Of a DNA stretch of 64,000 nt, positions 30,410 to 38,972 are shown piece after piece. Within the stretch, counting starts at the first letter, position 1; every line of letters starts with the position of its first letter. Under the pieces are notes generated by a model. The model ran no database searches and had not been told where the DNA came from. It was given only the letters and a program-made list of their open reading frames with translations. Source of the stretch: Deltaproteobacteria bacterium (GTDB lineage Bacteria > JAGRBM01 > JAHCIT01); the NCBI GenBank assembly GCA_026129095.1, contig JAHCIT010000007.1:1-64000 (forward strand), given 5' to 3'. The position numbers and the translations under genes are program-made.

Positions 30410-31246
30410 TCATCCGCCCGCGACTTTCTGCCTGAGCACCGAGATACCGTCAGATGGTCCGGCCCTGCCGCCTCCGGTAAGCATCGCCTCTATGTCGCGG
30501 TGATCCTGACGGACACCATCGTAAACCACGACGATCGATTCATCTCCCGGCACAAGGAAGTTCGTCTCGCCGAACTCCGTGTAACGGGTCGCCCCCGCCG
30601 AAATCACCGCCCACCGGGGCCATTGGGCGAGTGCCAGCAGATCGCCGATGCACTCCAGCGGACCTTCGTCCTGCTGGCTGTTCAGTTTTTCCACAAGCCA
30701 CCGCTGGAGGCCTTCGTAGAAATAGCCGTAACCCAGGACCGGGCTGTCGATGCCATAGGTATGCAGCCTACCGTCCCGGTACAGGTACGAAGCGATCCGG
30801 TAGCTGTCCATCACGCCGCCACGCGCAAAGCGGTCTATGTCGATCCAGTCGCGGCTCAGGCCCTTGGTCGAAATACCCCAGTTCTTCTTCTCGCTGATCT
30901 TGCGTGCCCCCGGGCGGCGGATCGAACAGTCGTTGTAGGCGGCAAACCGGCGTGGCACGACCGCCGAAACCTTCTTACCCTCGTAAACGAGATCACAGAT
31001 AAGCGCGACTTCCGGCTCGATCTGGACATTTCCGCCCCCTTCAGGAAGCACGATCCGGTCATGCGACACAGGGAACTGCCCCAGCCGGTGCCCCGGTGCC
31101 CCCGGCAGGTAAAAGGGGAAAACCCCTTTGGGGGAGTTTTCATCCGTTATCCTGAGGTGTGCAAAATCGGCCGCCTCACCCGCCTGCTTGAGGTGACCCG
31201 CAAAGTTCCCGGCCACACCCAGCCCGATCGCCTTTTCCAGTTCCAT
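30410..31246 (-). CDS. DUF5718-family protein
   Basis: GLGVAGNFAGHLKQAGE, QIEPE, NDCSIR..KISEKKNWG. Confidence 0.8.
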   Translation of the reverse strand: MELEKAIGLGVAGNFAGHLKQAGEAADFAHLRITDENSPKGVFPFYLPGAPGHRLGQFPVSHDRIVLPEGGGNVQIEPEVALICDLVYEGKKVSAVVPRRFAAYNDCSIRRPGARKISEKKNWGISTKGLSRDWIDIDRFARGGVMDSYRIASYLYRDGRLHTYGIDSPVLGYGYFYEGLQRWLVEKLNSQQDEGPLECIGDLLALAQWPRWAVISAGATRYTEFGETNFLVPGDESIVVVYDGVRQDHRDIEAMLTGGGRAGPSDGISVLRQKVAGG

Positions 31247-31322
31247 GTGAAAATGCTCCGCGCCTGTTATAGAGAGTCCTGCATGGGCCGTCCAACGGCC
31301 GCCAGTACAGGGAGCCCTGCCA

Positions 31323-32174
31323 ATGCCCAATACGATCCAGACCGACCTGTCGGAACGCATTTTCACGATCACGCTTCACCGCCCCGAACGGATGAATGCC
31401 TTTACGCTTGAGATGGCCGATGAACTGATCGCCGCCTTCGACGAGGCAGATGCCAACGATGACGTTCGCGCCGTGATCGTCACCGGCAGCGGCAAGGCAT
31501 TTTGCGCGGGGGCCGATCTCGGGATGGGCGGAAACTCCTTCAATTCCGCAGGCCGGGACACGCTGGAGACGCATCGTGACTCGGGAGGGCGAGTTACCTT
31601 GAGGATTTTCGAATCGAGAAAGCCCGTCATCGGCGCCATCAACGGTGCGGCGGTGGGCGTCGGCGCAACCATGACACTCCCGATGGACGTCCGGCTCGCC
31701 AGCCGCGACGCCAGATTCGGCTTTGTCTTTGCCCGCCGCGGCCTAGTGCCCGAGGCGTGCAGTTCATGGTTTCTCCCCCGCATCGCGGGCATCGCGCAGG
31801 CCATGGAGTGGGTAGCCACCGGGCGCGTATTCCCTGCACAGGAAGCGCTCGATGGAAAGCTCGTGTCGCGCCTTTATGACGCTCCCGACCTCATCCCGGC
31901 CGCAAGGATGCTGGCCAGGGAGTGCGCCGACAATACCAGTGCCGTTTCCATCGCCGTTTCCCGCCAGCTCCTGTGGCGGATGATGGGTGCCAGTCACCCG
32001 ATGGAAGCGCACCGGATCGATTCGAAGTGTATTTTCCATATGGGCCAGACCGCCGATGTCGCCGAAGGCGTCACCAGTTTCCTCCAGAAACGCCCGCCGA
32101 ACTTCCCCCTCAAGGTGTCCAGGGATATGCCGCCCTTTTACCCGTGGTGGAAGGATGAGCCATTCCGGCCATAA
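31323..32174 (+). CDS. Enoyl-CoA hydratase/isomerase (crotonase)
   Basis: AFCAGADL, AINGAAVGVG, GLVPEA. Confidence 0.94.
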   Translation: MPNTIQTDLSERIFTITLHRPERMNAFTLEMADELIAAFDEADANDDVRAVIVTGSGKAFCAGADLGMGGNSFNSAGRDTLETHRDSGGRVTLRIFESRKPVIGAINGAAVGVGATMTLPMDVRLASRDARFGFVFARRGLVPEACSSWFLPRIAGIAQAMEWVATGRVFPAQEALDGKLVSRLYDAPDLIPAARMLARECADNTSAVSIAVSRQLLWRMMGASHPMEAHRIDSKCIFHMGQTADVAEGVTSFLQKRPPNFPLKVSRDMPPFYPWWKDEPFRP

Positions 32175-32187
32175 TGCCCCTGGACCC

Positions 32188-33270
32188 ATGACTGCCGGAA
32201 AATCACAACTCGAACCACTCGGATGGGGGCCGTTTTTCGCAAACGCGGTTCCACCCGCAGGTGTCCGCTTCGACCGGCCCGCCCGGATCACCGGTGTCGA
32301 AAAAGGCTACTGGTTCGCCGATTCCGGCGAAGGCGAGCCACACCTTGCCACACTGACTGGAAAATTCCGCGAAACTGCCGTGACTCAAGATGCCCTTCCC
32401 GCCGTCGGCGACTGGATCGGCATGGACATTCATCCCGGTGGCGCGAACATTGTCTGGCTTTTCCCGCGACGCACCATGCTCATCCGGAAAGCAGCCGGCA
32501 GGGATTCAGCTCCCCAGCTTCTCGCCGCCAACGTGGACACGGCCCTTGTCGTCACCTCGATGGATGATGATTTCAGCCCGGCGCGTCTGGAGCGCTATCT
32601 CGCCGTCATCCGTGAAGGCGGTGTCCGGCCGGTCATTCTCCTGAGCAAGGCAGATCGGTGCGATGACCCTGCACCTTTTGAAAAGGCTGCGAAGGAAGCT
32701 GCCAGGAACGTGCCGGTACATCTCATCAGTGCGAAAACCGGCTCAGGCCTGGATGACGTGGCAGTGTATCTCACACCCGCCAGCACTACCGTGCTGATTG
32801 GTTCGTCCGGTGTCGGCAAATCGACGCTGATGAACAGACTGGCTGGCTCATACATTGCAGCCACCCGCGAAGTGCGCGAGAGCGACCACAAGGGCCGTCA
32901 CACCACCACCTCACGCAATCTGTACAAACTTCCTTCGGGTGCGCTCATCATCGATACACCCGGCATGCGTGAGCTTGCATTGTGGGAATCAGCCAGCGGG
33001 TTGAAGGAAACCTTCGAGGATATCGAACGGCTCGCCTCCGGATGCCGTTTCACTGACTGCACCCATGATACCGAGCCCGGCTGCGCCGTGAAGGCCGCCA
33101 TCGAGAGCGGGGCACTGGACCGGCGGCGCCTCGAAAGCTGGCACAAGCTCCGGCGCGAGGCCGCCCGTTCCGGTCCGGACGCGAAACAGAAGGCGAAGCA
33201 ACGTGAAAAGCAGATATCGAAACGGATCAGGCAATTCTACAGGGACCGGGACCAGCGTGACGAGGAGTAG
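32188..33270 (+). CDS. rsgA: Small ribosomal subunit-dependent GTPase A
   Basis: AVGDW, SKAD, GSSGVGKS, GRHTTT, DTPG, CRFTDCTH..EPGC. Confidence 0.95.
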   Translation: MTAGKSQLEPLGWGPFFANAVPPAGVRFDRPARITGVEKGYWFADSGEGEPHLATLTGKFRETAVTQDALPAVGDWIGMDIHPGGANIVWLFPRRTMLIRKAAGRDSAPQLLAANVDTALVVTSMDDDFSPARLERYLAVIREGGVRPVILLSKADRCDDPAPFEKAAKEAARNVPVHLISAKTGSGLDDVAVYLTPASTTVLIGSSGVGKSTLMNRLAGSYIAATREVRESDHKGRHTTTSRNLYKLPSGALIIDTPGMRELALWESASGLKETFEDIERLASGCRFTDCTHDTEPGCAVKAAIESGALDRRRLESWHKLRREAARSGPDAKQKAKQREKQISKRIRQFYRDRDQRDEE

Positions 33271-33356
33271 CAGCACCCCTTCCTATCCGTTATCACGAAA
33301 GGATAGGTAACGGGTTTCGTTGTTCCTCCCGACCTCCAATCGGTTAGTCTCTTCCC

Positions 33357-33788
33357 ATGACGCTCCACCTCGGCACCATTCCGGTCCGCGAGATGCGCAC
33401 GCATGCGGAACAGGCCTATCCCCATGAGTGCTGCGGCGCACTCGTCGGGAAACGGAATGAAACAGTGGCAACGATCATACGCGCCGTTCCAATGCAGAAC
33501 CTGGATACCGAGCGCGCCCACGACCGGTTCACGCTTGACCCCAGGGAACTGATGCAGGTCGAGCGGGCCGCCGACCGGGACGGCCTCGAATTGATCGGTT
33601 TCTACCACTCCCACCCGGACCACCCCGCCCGCCCCAGCCAGACCGATCTCGCTTTCGCCGGGCCCTGGCCGGGGTTAAGCTGGATCATCATGAGCGTCCA
33701 GAAGGGCACGATGGCCGATATCCGAAGCTGGGTAGTGACTCCCGGCGGAGACCGTTTTGAGGAAGAACCGGTGGAGGCCCCGAAGTGA
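33357..33788 (+). CDS. JAB/Mov34 (M67, Mec+-like) metallopeptidase
   Basis: YPHECCG, GFYHSHPDHPARPSQTD. Confidence 0.92.
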   Translation: MTLHLGTIPVREMRTHAEQAYPHECCGALVGKRNETVATIIRAVPMQNLDTERAHDRFTLDPRELMQVERAADRDGLELIGFYHSHPDHPARPSQTDLAFAGPWPGLSWIIMSVQKGTMADIRSWVVTPGGDRFEEEPVEAPK

Positions 33789-34906
33789 GAGTGATCCAGC
33801 CGGTCCGGTGGAGATATATCGTCGAGGAACGCCCCTCGGCGAGCTGGTCATCGGCTGCCAGCGCCTGGCTTCTGGAACGGATGAACGAGGGGTCGCAGCC
33901 GGTGGTCCGCCTGTACGATTTCGCATCGCCCGTGTGCCTGCTCGGCCGTTACCAGCCGGCGGATGTCGAGGTGGACCTGGCCATCTGCCAGCGGAACGGC
34001 GTCGAGATCGGGCGCCGGCTTTCGGGCGGGAAGCTCCTGCGTCTTGGCCCGCAGGCAGTGGGCATGGCGATCCTCGTTCCACCGAAAAAGAAGGGTGGCC
34101 GGGGCCGGACGCCCCGTGAATGGGCCGAACGGGTATCTACCGAGGTCATCGGCGTCATGAATGGCGCGGGTCTGCCAGTAACGGCGGGTGAGCGGGGGCA
34201 AGCGGTGTTCGTCACAAAAGAAGGTGGCCGCGATATCCGCTATCCAGTGGCATCATTCGGCATCCTGGGGACATTGCCGGGCGGCCTTCTCATAGAGACA
34301 TTCATCATCACGCGAACGGCGACCCCATCGCTATCGCCCAACCGCCGTGCCGAGATGGAGTCAATCGGTGATTTCTGGGGCGACCCGGCGGCGATGCCGC
34401 CCGCACTCCAGAGCCGTCTTGATACGCTGGACCGGCCGGCATTTCTCTCGAACCTCGCCCGCGCACTGGAACGTATTCTCGAAGGACCGCCGGACGCCCG
34501 CCCCTGGACCGGTTCCGAGCGCGAAGCAGTGCAGCAGATGGAACGGGAGCAGTTCGACTGCGACAACTGGCGGATCGGCCGCAGTGCCCCGGCAAGCGTG
34601 AACGGCGTCGTCACGGCGCTCACCCGGTCCGGAGCGCTCCGAGCAGCCGTCGAAATCCGCGAGGGCCGCATCTGGGATATCGTCGTGTCAGGTGAGTTTC
34701 GCCTGCCCGAGGGAACTATCGAGAATCTTCACCGGGCACTACGGGGAGAAGCGGCACAGCGGGACCGTGTTGGCCGTATCGTCCATCGCGTTCTCGATCC
34801 TGTACCCGATGGCTACAGCGATCTTGAGCCCAACGAAGCGATTGACGTCATCACTCTCGCCTGCGAACGGGCGCGTCCCGTCCCCGTGCCACGGGGAAGA
34901 GAATAA
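33785..34906 (+). CDS. Divergent lipoate-protein ligase A-like protein with C-terminal LplB-like domain
   Basis: LLGRYQ..EVD..GRRLSGG; C-terminal GRIWDIVVSGEF; overlaps the JAB stop. Confidence 0.7.
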   Translation: MRVIQPVRWRYIVEERPSASWSSAASAWLLERMNEGSQPVVRLYDFASPVCLLGRYQPADVEVDLAICQRNGVEIGRRLSGGKLLRLGPQAVGMAILVPPKKKGGRGRTPREWAERVSTEVIGVMNGAGLPVTAGERGQAVFVTKEGGRDIRYPVASFGILGTLPGGLLIETFIITRTATPSLSPNRRAEMESIGDFWGDPAAMPPALQSRLDTLDRPAFLSNLARALERILEGPPDARPWTGSEREAVQQMEREQFDCDNWRIGRSAPASVNGVVTALTRSGALRAAVEIREGRIWDIVVSGEFRLPEGTIENLHRALRGEAAQRDRVGRIVHRVLDPVPDGYSDLEPNEAIDVITLACERARPVPVPRGRE

Positions 34907-34955
34907 CCCACTCTTTTCGGCCAGCCCGGGACGGTGTGCTACGCTCCCCTCCGGT

Positions 34956-35768
34956 ATGTTGCCGCGTCCCCTCCACGATACCGCTGAAACGGCCCTGCCG
35001 CTGGCCGGTCTCGAAAAGCGGCTCGCGGAGAAGTCGGTTTTGCTGGTCGGCGCGGGTGGCCTCGGGAGCCCGGCTGCGATGCTGCTCGCCGCTTCCGGTG
35101 TGGGCCGCCTCGGCATCGTGGACAGCGATGTGGTGGACCGCTCAAACCTTCAGCGGCAGATACTCCATAAGGACTGGCTGGTAGGACGGCCCAAGGTGGA
35201 GTCGGCCCGGCAGATGCTCACCCGGCTCCGCCCTGACCTCACGGTGGACACCCACAACCTCTGGCTCAACGCCTCGAACATCGGCGGGATTATCAATGCC
35301 TACGATGTGGTCATCGAGGGGTCGGACAACTTCGCCACCAAGTTTCTCGTGAACGACGCCTGTGTCATCGCGGAAAAGCCGTTCGTCATCGCCGGTATCC
35401 TGCGCTTTCACGGCCAGCTCATGACCGTCCTGCCGCACCGGTCGGGGTGCTACCGCTGCCTGTTCGAGGCACCGCCACCTCCCGGCGAAGTGCCCGGCTG
35501 CTCGGAGGCCGGAGTCTTGGGCGTCGTGGCTGGCCTGATGGGCGCACTGCAGGCGACCGAGGCGGTGAAGCTGCTGCTCGGCATGGGTCAGCCGCTCGCC
35601 GGAAGGCTCCTTACCTGGGATGCCCTCCGGGCGAGCTTCCGCGAGGTCCCGGTTCCACGCAACCCAAACTGCGCCGTCTGCGGCGAGAGCCCCACGATCA
35701 GGGAACCCCGCGATTCCGAACTTCACTGCGAAGTCCTGGCGGCGCGGATGGGAGAAACAGCGACGTGA
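34956..35768 (+). CDS. moeB: ThiF/MoeB family E1-like adenylyltransferase (no rhodanese domain)
   Basis: VGAGGLGSP, SNLQRQ, CYRC, CSEAG, CAVC. Confidence 0.88.
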   Translation: MLPRPLHDTAETALPLAGLEKRLAEKSVLLVGAGGLGSPAAMLLAASGVGRLGIVDSDVVDRSNLQRQILHKDWLVGRPKVESARQMLTRLRPDLTVDTHNLWLNASNIGGIINAYDVVIEGSDNFATKFLVNDACVIAEKPFVIAGILRFHGQLMTVLPHRSGCYRCLFEAPPPPGEVPGCSEAGVLGVVAGLMGALQATEAVKLLLGMGQPLAGRLLTWDALRASFREVPVPRNPNCAVCGESPTIREPRDSELHCEVLAARMGETAT

Positions 35769-36757
35769 ACAGAACTCCGAAAGCCCGTGTCCGTACCGGT
35801 ACCCTTGCGAGCCTCCTCGTCTTTTTTCTGTCTGTAGCGCTTTTTTCCGCCGCCGCGGCAAGTCTGAGCGAGCCGAGCGGACAGGGCTCGATCGACTGGA
35901 CGGGCGGCTTCATTCACGCGGGCGGCATGGCATTTCCGCCAGAAACCGCCGCCAATGCGGCACAAGCGCGGCTCATGGCCATCCGCGCAGCCAAAAACGA
36001 TGCACAGCGGAACCTTCTCGAAGTAACGCAAGGGGTGCGCGTCTCCTCCGGCTCCACGGTGAGGGAGTTCATGGCCGAGAGCGACAAGGTAACAGTGACA
36101 GTCAATGGCGTCGTGAAGGGCGCGATCGTCCTGGAGGAAACTGTCACTGATGACGGTGCTGCCGTCGTCCGCCTCAAGGCCCCCATCTGGGGGAACATGG
36201 CCGAAGCCCTTTACGATCACCTTTCGGGCCGCAAGTCCCGCCGATATCCGCTACGCGACGAAAAAACGGAACCGGGCGAGTGGCCACTGCTGCGCGATCT
36301 CGTACGCCACGCGCTCCTGCGGCTGGTTGGCCCCGCAACGGCGCGGGCCGACGTGCCCCCACCCGGCGGTACGCCAGTTCGCCCGGAGCCACTTCCGGGC
36401 ACCAAGACCGGGATCGTGCTCGACCTTTCCGACATCATGGTGAAACCGGAGCTTTATCCCGAGATCAGCGACCAGTCAGGGCAGCCGATCGTTTCCCCAC
36501 GGCTCCTTGACAGGCAGGTGGCGGTGAGCCGGGGCGGCGTGTCGTATATCCACAACATCGGGGATGCGGCGAATCTGGGGCGCTCCGGGGACGACCCGCT
36601 GGTCATGAAAGCCGTTAATTTTGCCGCCGGCACTGAGGCCGGGATCAAGGTTCAGCTTGCCGATGGCATGGGGATGGAAACAGCCCGCAAGGCCCTCAAG
36701 GATCCTACCCAAGTGCTGAAAAGCGGGATCACGGTAGCCTACCGCGTGACGTGGTAG
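35765..36757 (+). CDS. Exported hypothetical protein (LPP20-like)
   Basis: Signal peptide; IDWT..ARLMAIRAAKNDAQRNLLE..V. Confidence 0.7.
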   Translation: MNRTPKARVRTGTLASLLVFFLSVALFSAAAASLSEPSGQGSIDWTGGFIHAGGMAFPPETAANAAQARLMAIRAAKNDAQRNLLEVTQGVRVSSGSTVREFMAESDKVTVTVNGVVKGAIVLEETVTDDGAAVVRLKAPIWGNMAEALYDHLSGRKSRRYPLRDEKTEPGEWPLLRDLVRHALLRLVGPATARADVPPPGGTPVRPEPLPGTKTGIVLDLSDIMVKPELYPEISDQSGQPIVSPRLLDRQVAVSRGGVSYIHNIGDAANLGRSGDDPLVMKAVNFAAGTEAGIKVQLADGMGMETARKALKDPTQVLKSGITVAYRVTW

Positions 36758-36760
36758 CCG

Positions 36761-36800
36761 CCACGGCTGAACACGCTTCACCACGGCTCACCACGCCTCA
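36761..36800. repeat. Four imperfect tandem 10-bp repeats
   Basis: CCACGGCTGA ACACGCTTCA CCACGGCTCA CCACGCCTCA. Confidence 0.8.
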
Positions 36801-36970
36801 AAACACTCCGCAACGCAAGGCCCACCTCAACGCACCGCATTATAAAGCGCCCGCCACCAAGGGCTGGCCGAACCTATTAATTCTTTCTAATATACTGATA
36901 TTATTAAACTTTACTCACCGCGTCGAATCTTTATTGACGCAGTTGACGCGACGTGTTAGTGATTCATTAC

Positions 36971-37240
36971 ATGAGGTCACCGGATACAGAGACATCACTG
37001 GCCGAAACGGCCGATGACTCCGTGCCGGAGCCGATCACACCCCCCGGTTCCGCCATCTTCAACACCAAGCAGTTGATGGAGAAGCTGGACCTGGAAGTGA
37101 CTCCCGACTTCGTGACCGAACTGGCCCGTGACCACCGTATCCCGGCCTTCAAGGCAGGGGCCCGCTGGCGGTTCCGGAGCGAGGATATCGGCAGGATCCG
37201 TCAGGAAATCCGCAAATACCTGGAACGCCAGGGCGGCTGA
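36971..37240 (+). CDS. Small excisionase/BldC-like (HTH_17) DNA-binding protein
   Basis: FNTKQL..FVTELARDHRIPAFKAGARWRF. Confidence 0.8.
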   Translation: MRSPDTETSLAETADDSVPEPITPPGSAIFNTKQLMEKLDLEVTPDFVTELARDHRIPAFKAGARWRFRSEDIGRIRQEIRKYLERQGG

Positions 37241-37562
37241 CGGGACCGGCAAGAGGACTGATATAGCGGCAACCCGGACTTGTCCGGACCGGCCGCGAAC
37301 ACAAGTTAAGCCTGTGCGGGGTGAATGGCCCGAAATCCCCACTACCCAGCCGGGGGCCAAAACCCCCGGTCCCACATCAAACCCCGCACAGGGCCGGCTG
37401 CCGCAAGGCGCGCCGGACCCGCCATAAAACCGCAGGACCCCTCACAGGGGATCTGCCGGATCAAAAACCAAGCACACCTGTAAAACTGTCTCCGGGCCAT
37501 CTCATGTCTGGCGGATGCGGTGGATATCTACGAAGATGTCTCCCCGCTAAGGAGCACAACTC

Positions 37563-37883
37563 ATGGCCTGGACCTATCTGTTTGTCGCCGGAATACTCGA
37601 AATAGCGTGGGCCGTCGGCCTCAAATATTCGGACGGCTTTACCCGCCTGAACGTGACCATTCCCACTGTGACCGCCATGGCAGCCAGTTTCTATTTCCTC
37701 GCACAGGCGATCCGCGTGCTCCCGATCGGCACCGCCTATGCCATCTGGACCGGCATCGGCGCCGCCGGGACGGCGGTGGCGGGCATGATCCTCTGGCAGG
37801 AGTCCCGTGAAGTGGCGCGCCTTCTGTGCCTGCTGCTCATCATTACCGGGATCATCGGACTGAAACTGACGGCGAAGGGATAA
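37563..37883 (+). CDS. sugE: SMR transporter, Gdx/SugE (guanidinium exporter) type
   Basis: MAW..AGILEIAWAVGLK, PIGTAYAIWTGIG; AAGGAG RBS. Confidence 0.9.
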   Translation: MAWTYLFVAGILEIAWAVGLKYSDGFTRLNVTIPTVTAMAASFYFLAQAIRVLPIGTAYAIWTGIGAAGTAVAGMILWQESREVARLLCLLLIITGIIGLKLTAKG

Positions 37884-37887
37884 GACA

Positions 37888-37925
37888 GAAAACCCTCCGG
37901 GCCGTTTCCGGCGCGGAGGGTTTTC
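37888..37925. terminator. Bidirectional intrinsic terminator between convergent genes
   Basis: GAAAACCCTCCG...CGGAGGGTTTTC. Confidence 0.8.
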
Positions 37926-37944
37926 CTTGAAAGAGCAGCGGTGC

Positions 37945-38832
37945 TTACGCGAAGAGCTGCACGCGGGCGTTCGAGACGACGACAAGCTCGCCGCCGTCGG
38001 GGCCCTTGCGCTCCTTGATCTTCGCCTGGCAGATGATCTCGGTGGGCGATTCCTTCCACATTTCGACCTTGATCGTCTCGCCGGGGTAAACGGGCGAGGC
38101 AAAGCGCACCTTGATCGACTTGAACTTCTCCGGGTTGTTGTCGGCGCAGGCCTCGATCACGGCTCGGCCCACGTTACCGAAGGTGCACAGGCCGTGGAGG
38201 ATCGGCTTGTCGAACTTGCCCATCTTCGCCATCATCGGGTCGATGTGCAGCGGGTTCTTGTCCCCTGACAGCCGGTAGAGGATCGCCTGGTGCCCCATCG
38301 TCGGGTATTCGATCACGGCATCGGGAGCACGGTTTGGCGCCTCATTGCCGGGCTCCGGGCCCTTCTCGCCGCCAAAACCGCCTTCGCCGCGGATGAATGC
38401 CGAGAAGGTGTTTTTGAGGATTTCCGTCCCGCTCTCGTCCTTGGTGATCGCGTCAAGGACGAGCAGCGCGCCCTTGCCCTTGTCATAGACGCCGGTGACC
38501 GTGCCGATCGTGGTCGTCTTGGCCTTGACGGGAAGCGGGGCCTTGAGGATTTCAGTGTACTGCTCGCCGTGGAGCAGCATCATCGGGTTGAACGACAGGC
38601 CGGGCATGCCCATGAGGCCGCCCATCGCAGGGAAGGCCGGGACGACGCCGTAGGTCGGCAGCACCTTGAGGCCGTTCTCGTAGGTGTACTGGAGAACCTT
38701 CTTCTTGTCGACCGGGTCCTGCTGGTAGCCTACCCCCACACCGAGGGCGTAAAGGATGATCTGGTCCTGACCCCACGAAAACTCGACGGGCTTCGTCTGG
38801 GCGCCTTTCACTTTGGCTGCATCAATCGGCAT
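37945..38832 (-). CDS. MaoC double-hotdog (R)-specific enoyl-CoA hydratase 2
   Basis: LLHGEQ, YRLSGDKNPLHIDP..ILHGLCT. Confidence 0.93.
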   Translation of the reverse strand: MPIDAAKVKGAQTKPVEFSWGQDQIILYALGVGVGYQQDPVDKKKVLQYTYENGLKVLPTYGVVPAFPAMGGLMGMPGLSFNPMMLLHGEQYTEILKAPLPVKAKTTTIGTVTGVYDKGKGALLVLDAITKDESGTEILKNTFSAFIRGEGGFGGEKGPEPGNEAPNRAPDAVIEYPTMGHQAILYRLSGDKNPLHIDPMMAKMGKFDKPILHGLCTFGNVGRAVIEACADNNPEKFKSIKVRFASPVYPGETIKVEMWKESPTEIICQAKIKERKGPDGGELVVVSNARVQLFA

Positions 38833-38882
38833 GAGCGGTTCCTCCAGGAATGTTTTTTGGTGCCTGATTGCTGCCGGTCGAT

Positions 38883-38900
38883 ATTGACTGGCGAGTCAAT
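38883..38900. promoter_or_regulatory. Palindromic operator between divergent hydratase and acyl-CoA synthetase genes
   Basis: ATTGACT-GGCG-AGTCAAT; arms identical to those of the 4845-4866 site. Confidence 0.65.
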
Positions 38901-38972
38901 CGGCGGGCATGGTCATACCCCGTGACGGGGAGATTGTAAAGCAGTTTCCCCGCCCGGTCTGGAGGAGCCCCC

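Noticed and set aside
33282-33307. CCTATCC...GGATAGG inverted repeat between rsgA and the JAB gene
   Set aside because: Single 7-bp arms; cannot distinguish a weak terminator, an operator or chance
36761-36840. Repeats considered as a CRISPR array
   Set aside because: 10-bp units with no spacers and no cas genes
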